Below, one piece after another: positions 25,197 to 38,252 of a DNA stretch of 64,000 nt. How positions within the stretch are numbered: position 1 is the first letter of the stretch; the number at the start of each line of letters is the position of its first letter. Below the pieces are notes generated by a model. It was not told where the DNA came from. It saw only the letters and a list, made by a program, of their open reading frames with translations, and made no database searches. Location of the stretch: contig NW_024704742.1 in assembly GCF_018977255.1 (NCBI RefSeq), positions 54,066,001-54,130,000 of the forward strand, in the 5' to 3' direction. This DNA comes from Callorhinchus milii. Its lineage: Eukaryota. A program made the position numbers and the translations under genes.

Positions 25197-25844
25197 GAAC
25201 TTAAGCGTAGAACAAAATCATCCAGAAAATAAGAAATATGTTTTATATAAGATAAATATTCTTATGTCACATATCCAATGAAGGCCAGTATTCCAACCAA
25301 GAGTACTTTTAACGTATGGGTAATGAGTTCTGCCAGTTTCATCAATCTGTATGTGGAGAAATCGGTGACATTCGGTTCACTTGCTTCCTGTCAGGCATTT
25401 AGTTGAGGAGCAGAGGTGTCAGAAGTCTGCAGTTTGTACTATCGTTCTCTTGGCTGGATAGAGGTGAGTCATTAAAGGAATACTGCAAGATAAGTTTCTG
25501 CAACAGCGTTGCCCTTGAGTATTTGTAGAATATAAAAGTTAAATACCACGAGAATTCAAGAAACCACCATATGCTGACAAGCCATCTCATTTCTGAGGCG
25601 AGAGCTCTTTAAACAGGATATTTCTCCACTTAGCCTTGGCTTCAAACACCTTCCTCTGCACCACTTATTAGTTAACAGATTGATGGGGATGTTGGAAAAC
25701 AAGACTCTACTGAGCCTCAAAAATAGTGCGATGGTTGAAACAATTCAGAATTTTTTGTGAAAAGTCTTCTCTGCCACATTTGAGGATATCTCAAGCGCTT
25801 TGGGACGTCCTCCCGACGTGAAAAGCACTATATCAAATGCAAGG

Positions 25845-25879
<35 letters not shown>

Positions 25880-26149
25880 CTCCTATTTGGAGTTGTGCCA
25901 TCAAGTAATACAGTAATAAGATTGATAATAATCCTGGCATTTGATACGGCACCTTTCACGTCAAGAGAATGTCTCAAACTGCTTCAGAGGATTTGCTGCA
26001 AAGTATAGTGACTGTGTATTTTAATGTCCCTCAAACAGGTATGAAGTGAATGACCAATTTAATTTTAGGAATTTTGATCAGAAAACCAGGAGAAACTCCC
26101 TTCTTTTTTTCAAATAGTGCCATGGGATCCTTAATTTTTTTAATTTTTA

Positions 26150-27517
26150 AAGTCGGCCGTTCGGCCTGTCCCACACTATCCAAGAACATGCCCATCGCAA
26201 CTCAATTCAATCTCCCTGCACTCTCCATATCCCTTGATACCTCGGTCTATCAGGTATTTATCTACTTGCCTTTTAAATTCTTCAATTCACTCTGCCTCCA
26301 CTGCCCTCTGGGGGAGTGAATGCCACACTCCCATCAACCACTACATGAAAAGTGGTTTCCTTATTTCACTTTTAAACGGTTTAGCCTCAAGTAAAATACT
26401 ATGGCCTCTAGTTCACAATCCTCTTGCCAGAGGAAATAGTTGCTCACTATGCAGCCTGTCAAATGCCTTTATAATTTTATATGCCTTGATCAGATTACTT
26501 CTCAACCTCCTGAACTTGATAGAATACAATCCCAGCTTTTCCACCCTTTCATCATAATTTAGGTCTTTGACACCAGGAATCATTCTAGTAAATCAAGGCT
26601 GTACACTTTCTAAGGCCATTTTCCCTTTCTACGTTTTGAGCCCAAAACTGCACGTAATACTCCAAATGGGATCTGACCAGCGTTTTATACAATTGTAACG
26701 TAACTTCTTGACCCTTGTATTCCAGCCCTCTTGTGATAAATGCCAACATTGCATTAGCCTTTATGGTTACCCTCTGAACACCTAGATCCCTTTGCTCATC
26801 AACCCTGCTCTGCTAAGTATTTCTCTGTCAAGACTGTAGTCCGACTCAAGAATTCTTTGAGCCAAAATAAACCACCTTGCACTTTGTCACATTGAACTCC
26901 ATTTGTCAGAGTTCCACCCATTCTCTTAATCTGTCTATATCCCTCTGCAATTGTTCACTGCCATCCTCACAATTTACCACACGTCCTAACTTAGTGTCAT
27001 CTGCAAATGTGGATAGAATTTTTCAAAGGCTTCAACCAGATTGTTAATACATATAGTGAAAAGCTGGAACCACAACACAGTTCTCTAAGAAACACTGCTC
27101 ATCACTGCTCACCAGTCAGACAGTATCTTCTTTATCCCAATTCTCGTATCTCATATTTCCCGTATTCCCACCCAGTTTCCCATACATGCTAACAGGTTGC
27201 CTTAATTTTAGTTAACACTCTCTTATATAAAACTTTATCAGATGCCTTCTGAAAGATCATGTAACCAACATCCATTTACCTGCCCATTTTTACCACTTTA
27301 GTGACCTCTTCAAAAAATTCCACCAAGTTTGTCACGCAGGACCCAACCTTTTACAAATCCATGCTGACTTTCTTTAATTGGATTACACCTGTCCAAGTGG
27401 TCATTTACTTTATCCCTTGTGATAGATTCCAATAGCTTTCCCTATAACTGAAGTTAAATCACAGGCCTGTAGTTGCTTATCTTTTCCATCCCTCCCTTGA
27501 ATAAAGGAGTGACATTT
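26150..27517 (-). mobile_element. Degraded CR1 LINE RT and 3' end
   Basis: Reverse complement shows NYRPV, GKSCxTNLVEFFEEVT, FQKAxDKV, FADDTKL, RSHLEYYVQF motifs. Confidence 0.85.
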
Positions 27518-28028
27518 ATTACGAGTATTCTTTTAATGGAAGCATATAACACATAAACGTGTCTTTATGTTGCAGTATTTGGTCTTGGTTCATTTAAGAC
27601 CCACATGCCAGCAGAGGATAAAAGGTCATCATATACAGCTGACAGCTGGCTATCTAGACAGTAAGTGAGTGTCTTTGTATGCACAGAGTGCAGCTTTAAA
27701 ACCGTGAATTTGAAGCAGATTTTTTTTAAGCGATTTCATTATGTTATGTGTGCTGTTATTTGTGAAATACAGATGAGTGACCTTAGCTATAAATAATAAA
27801 GTACTTCAGTATTCTTATATTTTCAGGGTTTTTCTTCTTGTTTTCTGGAAACAATTTCTACAAGGTTTTACTGAAACCCATTTCACACACAAAAGGGACA
27901 TTGTGAAATTGAACAAGGGTAGCTAGAGGGGAAGTACAGTGAAGTTGGAAGAAAGAGAGGTAGCACAAAAATAATAAGCTGAATGTCCTCCTTCTGTGTT
28001 GTAAATCCTACAATAGTCCTACAACCTG

Positions 28029-29407
28029 TATGAAACCCACCACCTGCTCCCTCGACCTCATCCTTACGCATGGACATCATCAACCTCTCCTTGTCCAATG
28101 GCACCATTCCCACCCCCTTAAAAGCAGTCATCATAACCCCTGTCCTGCAAAAACCTTCCTTGGACCTATCCCTGTTCTCCAATTATCGCCCCATCTCCAA
28201 CCTCCCTTTCCTTTCCAAGGTCCTGGAACGAGTCGTTGCTTCCCAGCTTCAATCCTTCCTCTCCCGCCACACCCTTCACGAACCCCTCCAATCTGGTTTC
28301 CATGCCGCCCACAGCACAGAAACAGCCCTGGTCGAAGTGTCAAATGAGATTCTGTCCATTTGCAACCAGGGCTCCTCTGCCTCCTAGTTCTCCTTGATGT
28401 AGTCTCTTGGTGAAATCATCCACAGACTTCCACATGTATGCGGATGACACCCAACTCTATCTCTCTGTCTCCACCCTCGACTCCAGGACCACTGCTGTCC
28501 TGACAGAATGTCTGTCAGACATCAAGTCCTGGATGAGAGCTAACCTTCTTCAGTTGAACGTCAACAAGACCGAGGCTCTCCTGATTGGCTCCCGTCAGCG
28601 CCTCCTCACCTCAGGCGCTGACAGCATCACCATCCATGGTTGAACACTCCACCTCACTAAACCAGTCTGGAGCATTGGGGTCTTGTTTGACTCTCAACTA
28701 TCTACCGCACCTCTGTGCCATGACCCGCTCTGCCTTCCCCCACCTCTGCAACATCGCCCGGCTCCGCCACTGTCTCACACCGCAGCCTGCCGAAACCCTC
28801 ATACACACATTTATTACATTTAGGCTTGACTACATATAGGCCAACTCCCTGCTTGTCAGCCTCCCCAACTCCTTCCTCCGCAAGCTGCAGATCATCCAGA
28901 ACTCTGCAGCTCGTGTCCTCTCCCGCACCAGGCTCCGTGACCCATCACGCTCACCCTTGCCTGGGATCACTGGCTTCCCATCCCTCAGAGAATACAGTTC
29001 AAAATCCCAATTCCCGCCTTCAAAGCCCTCCGTGGCCTTGCTGCTTCCTATCTCTGTGACCTGCTAACCCCATATCAACCTGTCCGCTCCCTCCGCTCAG
29101 CAGGCTACAGCCTGCTCCATGTCTCCGGCCCGCCCCACGATCGGCGGTTGGGCCTTCAGCCTCTCTGCCCCCATCCTTTGAAACTCTGTCCTCCAGTACC
29201 TTTGCTCCCTCCCTTGCCTCCTTCTCCTTATCGACCGTGGATTTGGCCACCCTCCTACCCCTACCCACCCTGCTCTCCCTACCCACCCTGCGCTCCATCC
29301 CCCTGATTCCAATCCCCTGCTTGGGACCAAATCCTTGACTGTTCAGCGCCTTGGGAATCCTCCTGACGTCAAAGGCGCTTTACAAATGTAATTTGTTGTT
29401 GTTGTTG
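28029..29407 (+). mobile_element. L2 LINE with internal deletion
   Basis: [43 protein letters not shown]; tail (TTG)n. Confidence 0.92.
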
Positions 29408-31358
29408 ATGCTTTGATTCCAGAGCCTCAAAATGAAGTGTTAGATTCTTCCCTGGGAATGTTTATTTTCTTCTATGGTGCCTTAAATATCACAGCAAATA
29501 CCATCTTGGTATCATTTGTATGAGAAATTACTATGAAAGTGGAAGAACAATAACTTTTCTGATTCTGGTCAACTTTAGACTACCTTGCAGGTAAAATTAT
29601 CCAACTAACTGATCCAGACAGACAGTTGTGCATTGTCACTTGTTGTGTTGATACTAAAAATAAAATGTTGAACACAACATTTCACAGCATGAAAGATTCT
29701 GTTTGCCCCGATTAAAACCGTTGATGCAGAGAACATAATGTATTATCTGGCTGAATGTAAAGGTGAATGCTGAGTGATGCGAGGTCATGTTGGAAGGATC
29801 ACTTTTTCAATGAGGCTATTCAGTGCCCCCAAGAGTCACAGCGACTCTCTTTATAGTAATTGGAATATTTTCCTGAAACAAAATAATGCAGTATATGGAT
29901 TCTGATAAAAGTATACATAATGCATTGAAAAAACGCTGGAACTAAACCTGGGAAATTGGATGTTTAGCAATAATTCGCAAAAAGTAATTTAATTGAGTAG
30001 ATCTGATGACATTGCAAACACAAGAATTTAGGCCAATTATACATTTTTNAAATACATTATTTATACAACGAGTTGTGGATGATTCACACCCTTTCTTGAA
30101 TTGAGGAGCATCACAGGTTACTTGATGCAATTCAATTTACGAGGTATTACATGCTGTGAAGCTTTTAAATAAATCAGTATTTTTGGGTGGTGCTACATGC
30201 TAATAGGTAGAATATTTATTTGCAGAGGCTGAGAAAGAGAATGAGTCTTGGGTTCAGATTTTGGGGGTTCATGACTTCTACTTGGGCAAGTAATAAAGAG
30301 TTGATTACTGGTTGGATTCAGCCTCCAAAAGGTTGGGGAAACTGGGCAAGGCTGCGTGCTGGCTGATTATATTTATGAATGAGGTCTATTATGAATTAAC
30401 CATTATTTATAAACCATTTTAAATTGTGTGTGTTGGTGGCAGGCATGTATGGTGCACCCGGTACGTATGGATGGTGTGTATTTCCTGTGTATTTTAAGAC
30501 GCTATCCCACGTGAAGGGCTCTGTATAAATGCAAGTTGTTGTTGGTGGTGTGTGTGTACGGAAGACGTATATGTTTTTAAAGCACTTCGAAATGCTATCC
30601 TGCATGAAGGGCATTTTATAAACGCAAGGTAGTGGTGTTGTGTGTACATATGTAGTGTATTTTCCTTGTGTGTGTTTGGAAGACATGTCTTGTGCATGTG
30701 TATGGCTGGCATGTGTCGAGAGGCCATTGCAGGTGCTCTGAATTATGTAATTAGCCAAAGAAAGAATTTGCTGTTAATCACCATAATTAATCCTTTTTAT
30801 TTGTTAATTCCATAGTTAGGGTCAATGGTATTCTTTTGAACATATGTTTACACATAGTGCATTATACACGTGTAATTACATGAGTTTGCACATGATGCAG
30901 GAGGCCAAATTATCAATCGAAATTAGAGGTAAATTCATACAAAACTCACTGCTGGCTCTTTGTTCTTTAATATAGTGAACAGTTTGTTTTTGAGAAAAAC
31001 ATTTTTATGGCTTGTGTCAATCATATGGTAAGTTATGACTAATCATAATAACATGACTTGAAGCTGTACAGTATTATAACATCCTGAAATATTATGAATG
31101 TTTTGGCAATGAACCATTTCTTTAGGAGAATGCAGCAGAATTTCTCTGAAATGGAGGGTAACAAAGGGCTGGAAAAGCTAGAAAGGTCTGAAGATTCAGA
31201 TGATTCACAGTTGTCAGTGGTGCCTTGAAAGCGTCAGAAACATGTAATTTAATGATTTCTGGCAAAGCAATGAAAATGACGTAATGAAATCTTAAATCGT
31301 TATGAATGTCATGATGTAAGACAATCGGAGCCTGTCTATCGTGCCGTAATGCCTTATA

Positions 31359-31690
31359 GTGGAGTTCTGTAGCTCAGTGGTTAGAGCACTCGCTTTGCAA
31401 GTGAGAGACCTGAGTTCAATTCCAGGCAGGTCAGGGCGAAACCTTAGGCAAGTTTCCTTACTCCACACACCTAATAATAATCCATCCAAAAAACAAAACA
31501 ATAATAAATTGGTCATTTTCAATCCACGATTGTTTGTGGGACATTGCTGTGCGCAATTGGCTGCCGCGTTCGCTCACAAATATACAGTCAATTCACTTTA
31601 CAGAATATTCTGTGAAGCGCTTTGGAACGTCTAGAAGACGTGAAAAGCGCTATATCAAATGCAAGGATTATTATTATTTTATTATTATTA
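31359..31690 (+). mobile_element. Young tRNA-derived SINE, short subfamily
   Basis: Near-identical to 540-867. Confidence 0.9.
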
Positions 31691-33236
31691 AGCACCTTTC
31701 AGTTAGAAGTAGATAATTCACGTGGGTCCAATAAATATTGTTTCTTCTGCCTTCTCTCCTCCTACTACTGAGTTTATCGTCTTTCAAAGCTGCTGCTGCT
31801 GTCCATTTTATTACCATCACAATGCATTATGTAATCGTATTTCTACCATCTGAGTGAAATGGACTTCTGTCAGCACTTCCAGGTGCCCTTTGATGCCATT
31901 TAGACTGGTTTGAGCTTAGTCTAAAAACTCACAAATTAATGTGTGTAATTAAATATGTAGGAAGTGTATACATTATACTGTAATGGCCTCAGATTGCCTG
32001 ATAAGATGTAATGCTCGTATTTCTTGCATAATGGAATATGCAAACCAATGGTGAACACAACACTAACACAATTACTGCCAAGTTTCCGAAATTCATATCC
32101 AGTTAATGCCACTAATGCTACGTTTATATTGCACGTTTGGAGGCAAATTGGTGCAACATTGGCATCGATTCACTGGCTATTGTGCAGTATAAATGGGGTG
32201 TTGTGCTTCACAAATCAGGCTGGAGCCTTGCTTCTAAAACCGTTTGGAGGAGCTGTTTTCAGAAGCAGTGTGATTTGCACCTGCACAATGTAAAGAAAAT
32301 GGTGGGTGCGAATCCCATTTGGCTGGCTGCCTGGTTCTTTGAAATATTTTTGGAACTTGAACAGACCATTTATTAATGTTATTAAAGAGCACGACTGACT
32401 CATTAATAAGATTAAAAGCTCCCTACGTTTTGTGTTTGGTGCAGAACACCACAATTGGGTGTTGGCCTTAATTCGCAGTGATAATGGAAATACTGTGTTA
32501 TCTTTGCTTTCTGTACCACATCACTGCACTGTTGGAAGCAAAGTTGCCTTGTTCCTAGCAATATAAATACAGCACAGAATGCTAGAAAAAGATCTAGCCT
32601 ATTTTTCTTTTCATGTTGTTGCATTGTTTTCTGTGCACAATATGAATTTTTGATAATCAACATATGTTTGATGTTCTCAGCAAGGTTGTTTTTTGTGGCT
32701 TTTATTGCAGAGCTCAAATCATTTTAAGATGAGATGCCAATAAAAGTACCATACACATAGTCACTAACAAATAATTGCACTTCAAGAAAGTGCTGATTAA
32801 TCCCTCTTAAGTGTACTGGCAATGCAGTCAAATACATCCCTGGACGTAGCCATTGCTGTCAATTATTAGTGGTGACTCTTTAACTAGTAACATCAGATTA
32901 GATAGATTAGCCTGTGGTCATATGTTGTAGGAAACCACATATTGTGGATAGAGTTGTTCACTGTAATTGTAGAATCCTGCCTAATTATCTGACTAATCAG
33001 TAATAGATTTTTCAGTGCCACTTTTCCTTCATCCTCCGGAGAGGTGCTAGAGCAAGAAAATAGCGAAAATAGCCAAATAATATACTGCATATTTCCTGAA
33101 AATGTAATGCTGGGTTTTGATCTGAAAGGAGTAGAATTGGGGTTGGAGAGGTTGCAGTTCATGCTGACAATCACTGACACTACTGATCTCTCTTGTCCAC
33201 CCACCTTAGTTTATGAAGTTTTGTTAGTTTTCGGCT

Positions 33237-33672
33237 ACAACAACAACAACAAGATTCCATTTACAGAGCGCCTTTCACGTCGGGAGGACGTCCCAAGACA
33301 CTGGACAGTTGGGTCAGGACCCGAGGAGGGGGGAAATGGTCAGGGGGAGGGGAGGGAAGGGAGGGAGCGAGGAGGGGGTAGAGAGTCGAGAGGGGAGCTG
33401 AAGGCACGGTCAAACAGAAAGGTCTTGAGACCGGCCTTGAAGGAGGAAAGGGAGGAGGCGGCGAAGGCATTGGGGGATAGAGTTCCAGAGCCTCGGGGCT
33501 GAGAGGCTGAAGGCCCGGCCACCGATGGTAGGGCGGTTGGGGCGGGGGATGTGGAGCAGACCGGAGCCAGAGGAACGGAGGGTACGGGCAGGTAGGTAGG
33601 GGGATAGTAGGTCGGAGAGGTAGGAGGGAGCAAGGCCGTGAATGGCCTTGTAGGTGAGGATGAGGATCTAAG
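33237..33672 (-). mobile_element. Young 5'-truncated L2
   Basis: (CAA)n tail on the + strand, 3' UTR and ORF2 end; possible TSD ggcta. Confidence 0.9.
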
Positions 33673-34731
33673 GCTAAGACATTATACAAAGCACATTATG
33701 TTGTAAATCAATAATCCTTGTGTTTGATTTTTTGGAGGTCAGTTGGGTGTCTTGACATGTGCGGAAACCCATCACCATGCTTAAGAGTATCCAAACCAAA
33801 CTGAAAATTCCATGCATCTCACGTTTGGAAGAAAACTCTAGAGACAGATTGCATTTGATATTGGGCCTAATTATGTTGAAATGCCTCAAAGTGCTTTGGA
33901 GTTTTCTCTGAAGTGCAGTGACTGTGTGTTTGACAGTTTTCCTCCCTCATTCAAATTCTACATTACATTTGGTTAAATATCTCATTGCTGATTGTGGAAC
34001 GTTTAAAGCGCAAAGTAGCTGTTACTGCTAAATGTCTGTGTAACAGACTGCACTTCAAAGCAACTAACTCACTGTGTGGCACCCTTAGTGATATTTTGAT
34101 TTAAGGTGCTATATCAAAGACAACTTAGAAGAAATACAATTTTGGTATTCCATACCAATTACTAAATCCTAGTAAGTTTCCTGTAACAAAAAGTATACGG
34201 GGCAGTACAAAACTATATAACTTTGAAGTGCGCAATAAGAACTTCAGATAAAGATTTAACTTATTGCCACACCACCACAGAGATCCCTAAGGGAAATGTA
34301 TTTGCCTCCAAAAATGACTTGGTAGATGCCGTTAAAAGTGATAACCTCTTTGCTGGTGACATCACCCTTTGCATTCAGTGTGAAAGTCTAGCAGTTATCG
34401 ATCAATACAGACAGCTATAGACAGAATTGGAAAGTGGACAGACAAATTGTGCATTATCTTCAGCATTCAGAAGACCGAGTCAATACTTGATGAAAAAGTT
34501 TGTCTACCCATCCATACTCTATAAGGATTGAAAACCCTTTGCAGTCACAAACATTCAGCTCTCCAGCCTGTATCCAATTTATACTGGGATCATCCATTGG
34601 CAAAGTTGGCTGCAAGATCCATTTCACTGGTCGCTGCCAGCAATTTCATTGTTTTACAATGACTACATCTGCAAAGTGACTGCAACACAGCTCTGTTTAA
34701 TAGACCACAGAGACAACATCAGCTTGGCTGG

Positions 34732-35490
34732 TGGCAGCTTGGCTCAGTTGGGTGCACTTTTGCCTCCAGTTTCAACCCCATGTTGGAACTTTGAGCCTGC
34801 AGATTTGGTTGAGACTCCAATGCAGTATTGAGTGATACCTGCATTGACAGAGCAGCTGTCCTTCAGGTGAGACATTAAAACAAGGTCCTCTCTGCCTCTT
34901 CAAGTCAATGTGAAATGTCTCATGACAATTGAAAAGAGAAGCAAGTTTCTCCCGGAATACTGGTCAGCAAATCTTGGACTTTGCATTGTGCAAATTAGCC
35001 ATTATGTGGGCCTATAAATATACAGTCAACATATGTGACAGCGATTCCCTGTGAAGTGCTTTGAGACATTTTGGCATAATAAATCCCATATCAAGTGCAA
35101 GGATTATTACGAAATCTCACTCGTAGAGTCTATAATAATAATAATCCTTGCATTTGATATAATACCTTATTGCGACTTTGAGGCATCTCAAAGCATTTCA
35201 CAGAGTATACTGTAAAGTTGATTGTTTTTTTGGCAATGCGGCAGCCCGTTGCGCCCAACAATGTCCCACAAACAGCAATACAGTGACCCATTTTATTTAG
35301 GGGATTTATTGGCCAGGACACGGAGAAACTCCCTTCTCTTTTCGAATAGTGCCATGGGATCTTTAACATTCACCTGAACAGACAGATGAGACCTTGGTTT
35401 TACATCTCATCTGAAGGACACATCTCTGACAAAGCAAAACAAACTCCCAGCACTGCATTGGAGTGTCAACTTAGACTTTGTAAGTTTAAG
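34732..35490. mobile_element. Tail-to-tail pair of Deu-type SINEs (34732-35110 on +, 35132-35490 on -)
   Basis: Both carry the ggatgagacattaa / atcccatggcactatt body and atcaaatgcaaggattatta tails facing each other. Confidence 0.75.
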
Positions 35491-35683
35491 TTCTTCAAAT
35501 AAAATTAAAACCAATTAATTTGTTACAGAACCATGCTCTTTTGTTACAGGGAGATATATTCGGGCTGTTAATTTTCTAAATGATTGTGAATGGAACAACA
35601 CAACAAGAAATGTTTGGGAAGAACTAGATTTACTCTTTCCTTAATATTTCAAGGTGTCCATAATTTGACAAAGTCTTAAATAC

Positions 35684-37295
35684 CGACGCAACTGTGGTCA
35701 TGCCCTCAACCTCGTCATCACCCACAGCCTTGATATTTCTGACCTAAGCATAATGGACAAGGCCATCTCGGATCACTTCCTCATCTCCTTCTCCTCTCAC
35801 ATCCCTCTCTCCTCCACCAAACCCTCAACCATACTTCGCCGCCCGTGGAAAAGACTACCCCGGAGACCCTCACAAAGGCCCTCACATCCTCCGATATCCT
35901 ATCCCTCTGGCCTTCCACCCGCAGAGATCCTGAAGCAGCCGTTCAGCTGCTCCATGATCTGCTCTGTTCCACCTTCAACTCCCTCGTTCCCCTGAAATCC
36001 AGGGACCATCTCCAAACGCACCTGATCCCCCGGTACAACAACCATCTCCGCCGCCTAAAAACCCAAACCCGTCTGCTCGAGCGCAGATTGTGGAAAACTG
36101 GCCTGACAGGACTAGAATGCGTTGTTGTCAATCAACTTCACGCACACCTCTCCTCCCACTCCCTCTTCGAAGCCCTCCAGTCCGGTTTCCGCCCTGCCCA
36201 CAGTACAGAGACTGCGCTTGTGAAAGTCTCAAATGACGTCCTCTCTATCTGTGACCAGGGCTCCCTCTGCCTCCTTGTCCTCCTGGACCTCTCCGCCGCT
36301 TTCGACACAGTCGATCAGGCCATCCTCCTCCACTGTCTTTCCTCCGTCATCCACCTCAGTGGGACTGCACTCGCCTGGTTTGAGTTCTACCTCACAAACC
36401 GCCAGCAGTACATCTCCACAAACGGCTTTTCCTCCCGCCCTCATCCGGTTATCTGCGGGGTACCCCAAGGTACATCCTTGGCCCCCTCCTTTTCCTAATC
36501 TATATGCTCCCTCTTGGGGATGTCATCCGCAGACACTTCCACATGTATGTGGACGACACCCAACTCTATTTTTCCACCTCTCTTTGCGACCCCCAGTCCC
36601 CTGATGTTCTGTCAGCCTGCCTGTCAGACATCAGGAGCTGGATGAGCACGGATTTCCTTCAGCGAAATGTTGACAAGATGGAAGCCATACTCTTTGGCTC
36701 TCGTCAACGTCTTCAATCGCATGATTTTCAACTCCTCCACCTACCCGACCTCCCCCTAAAACTCTCCGAACCCGTACGCAACCTTGGTGTCAGGTTCGAC
36801 CCCCAATTATCCTTCCTACCCCACATCCACCCGCATTCTTATCCATACCGAACTCTGCTCCCCGATTACCCCAGTGCTTGCCAGACTGCACTGGCTGCCT
36901 GGCCAGAGAGGATTGATTTCAAGTTCCTCACTCTTGTTTTCAAATCCCTCCACTCCTCTGCACCCCGCTACCTCTCTGACCTCCTCTCTCATAACAGTGC
37001 CTTCACTCCACTGGGTCTGGCCTACTCCTTGTCCCCCGAATCCTCCGCTCCACCACCGGCGGCCGTGCCTTCAGCCACTACTCCCCGATGCTCTGGAATT
37101 CCCTTCCTCATTCCCTTCGCCTCGCCCCCTCTCTTCCTACTTTCAGGTCTCGGCTAAAGACGTTTCTTTTTGACCGCGCCTTTGGTCACCTGCTTCCCCC
37201 TCCCCCTGCCTCGGCCCCGGGATCTGTTATTGTGAAGCGCTCTGAGACGCCGTCCGGTGTAGAGGGCGCTATATAAATCCAAGTTGTTGTTGTTG
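35684..37295 (+). mobile_element. L2 LINE (endonuclease end to 3' tail, internally deleted) with 7 bp TSD
   Basis: ISDHFLI, QSGFRPAHSTETAL, HMYVDDTQLY; TSD TAAATAC at 35677-35683 and 37296-37302. Confidence 0.92.
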
Positions 37296-37324
37296 TAAAT
37301 ACAGCTTTAATTTTAAGATGGTAT

Positions 37325-38252
37325 TTTCTCTGGTCTCTCACAACCATCATCAACCATTTGAAACCTACCACCTGCTTCCTTGAGCCTCTCCCTACCTAAC
37401 GGCACCCCTCTGGCTCCCTGCTAGCGGATAGTCAATCTGTTCTTCTCAACCAGCACCGTCATGCTCCCCTTCAAAACTTCTGTCACCGCCCTTGTCCTCA
37501 AAATACTTATCCTTGATCTTTCAAGTTTCAAAAATTACCCATCCATCTTTTTGACCTTCATTTCCAAAGTCCTGAAATGCGTTGTTGCCAGGCCACTCCC
37601 CTAGACTTACTGATCCTATGGAGGACCTAGGCATTGAGTTTGTTTCCCAGTTCTACTTCGTACCCCACATCCCGACTGGTTTCCTCCACCTCCTTCACAT
37701 CACCTGCCTCTGAGCATACATCACACCTAACACAGCTGAAATTACGTATTCCCACCTCCTGCCTCAGTTTTTCCCAATGCTCTTCTCATTGGTCTCTCAA
37801 GTTCCCACCAATCAAATTAATTCTAAACTCTGCTGCCTATGCCCTTACGCATACTAATTTTGCATCCCAGTCCCTGCCTGGCTTCACTGGCTCTCTATTG
37901 CAGAATAATCAATTTCAAAATGCTCACTCTGAGGCTTGCAGCCCACACCTCTATCCATTCCCTTCGCTCAGCTGGCTCAGGCCTCCTACACGTCCCTCCA
38001 TCCTCTTTGAACTACCATTGGTGGCGGTGCTTTCAGCCACTACTCTGTACGCTACTACAGCCCCAAGACTCTCTCCCTCAATCCCTCTTCCTTGACCCCT
38101 CCTTGTCCTCTTCAGATCAAACCTGGAGAGCTTCCTCTTTGACTGCGGCTATGTCACCTCCCCTCTCCCTGGCTCGACGTCAAGCTCCGTCACTGTTAAG
38201 TGCTCCGAGACACTACCCGGCATGAAAGCACTATATAAAGGCAAGTTGTTGT
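37325..38252 (+). mobile_element. Old, highly decayed L2
   Basis: Remnants of KPTTC.L.P, NYxPI, LHWL...INFK, GGGAFSH; tail ctatataaaggcaagttgttg. Confidence 0.7.
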
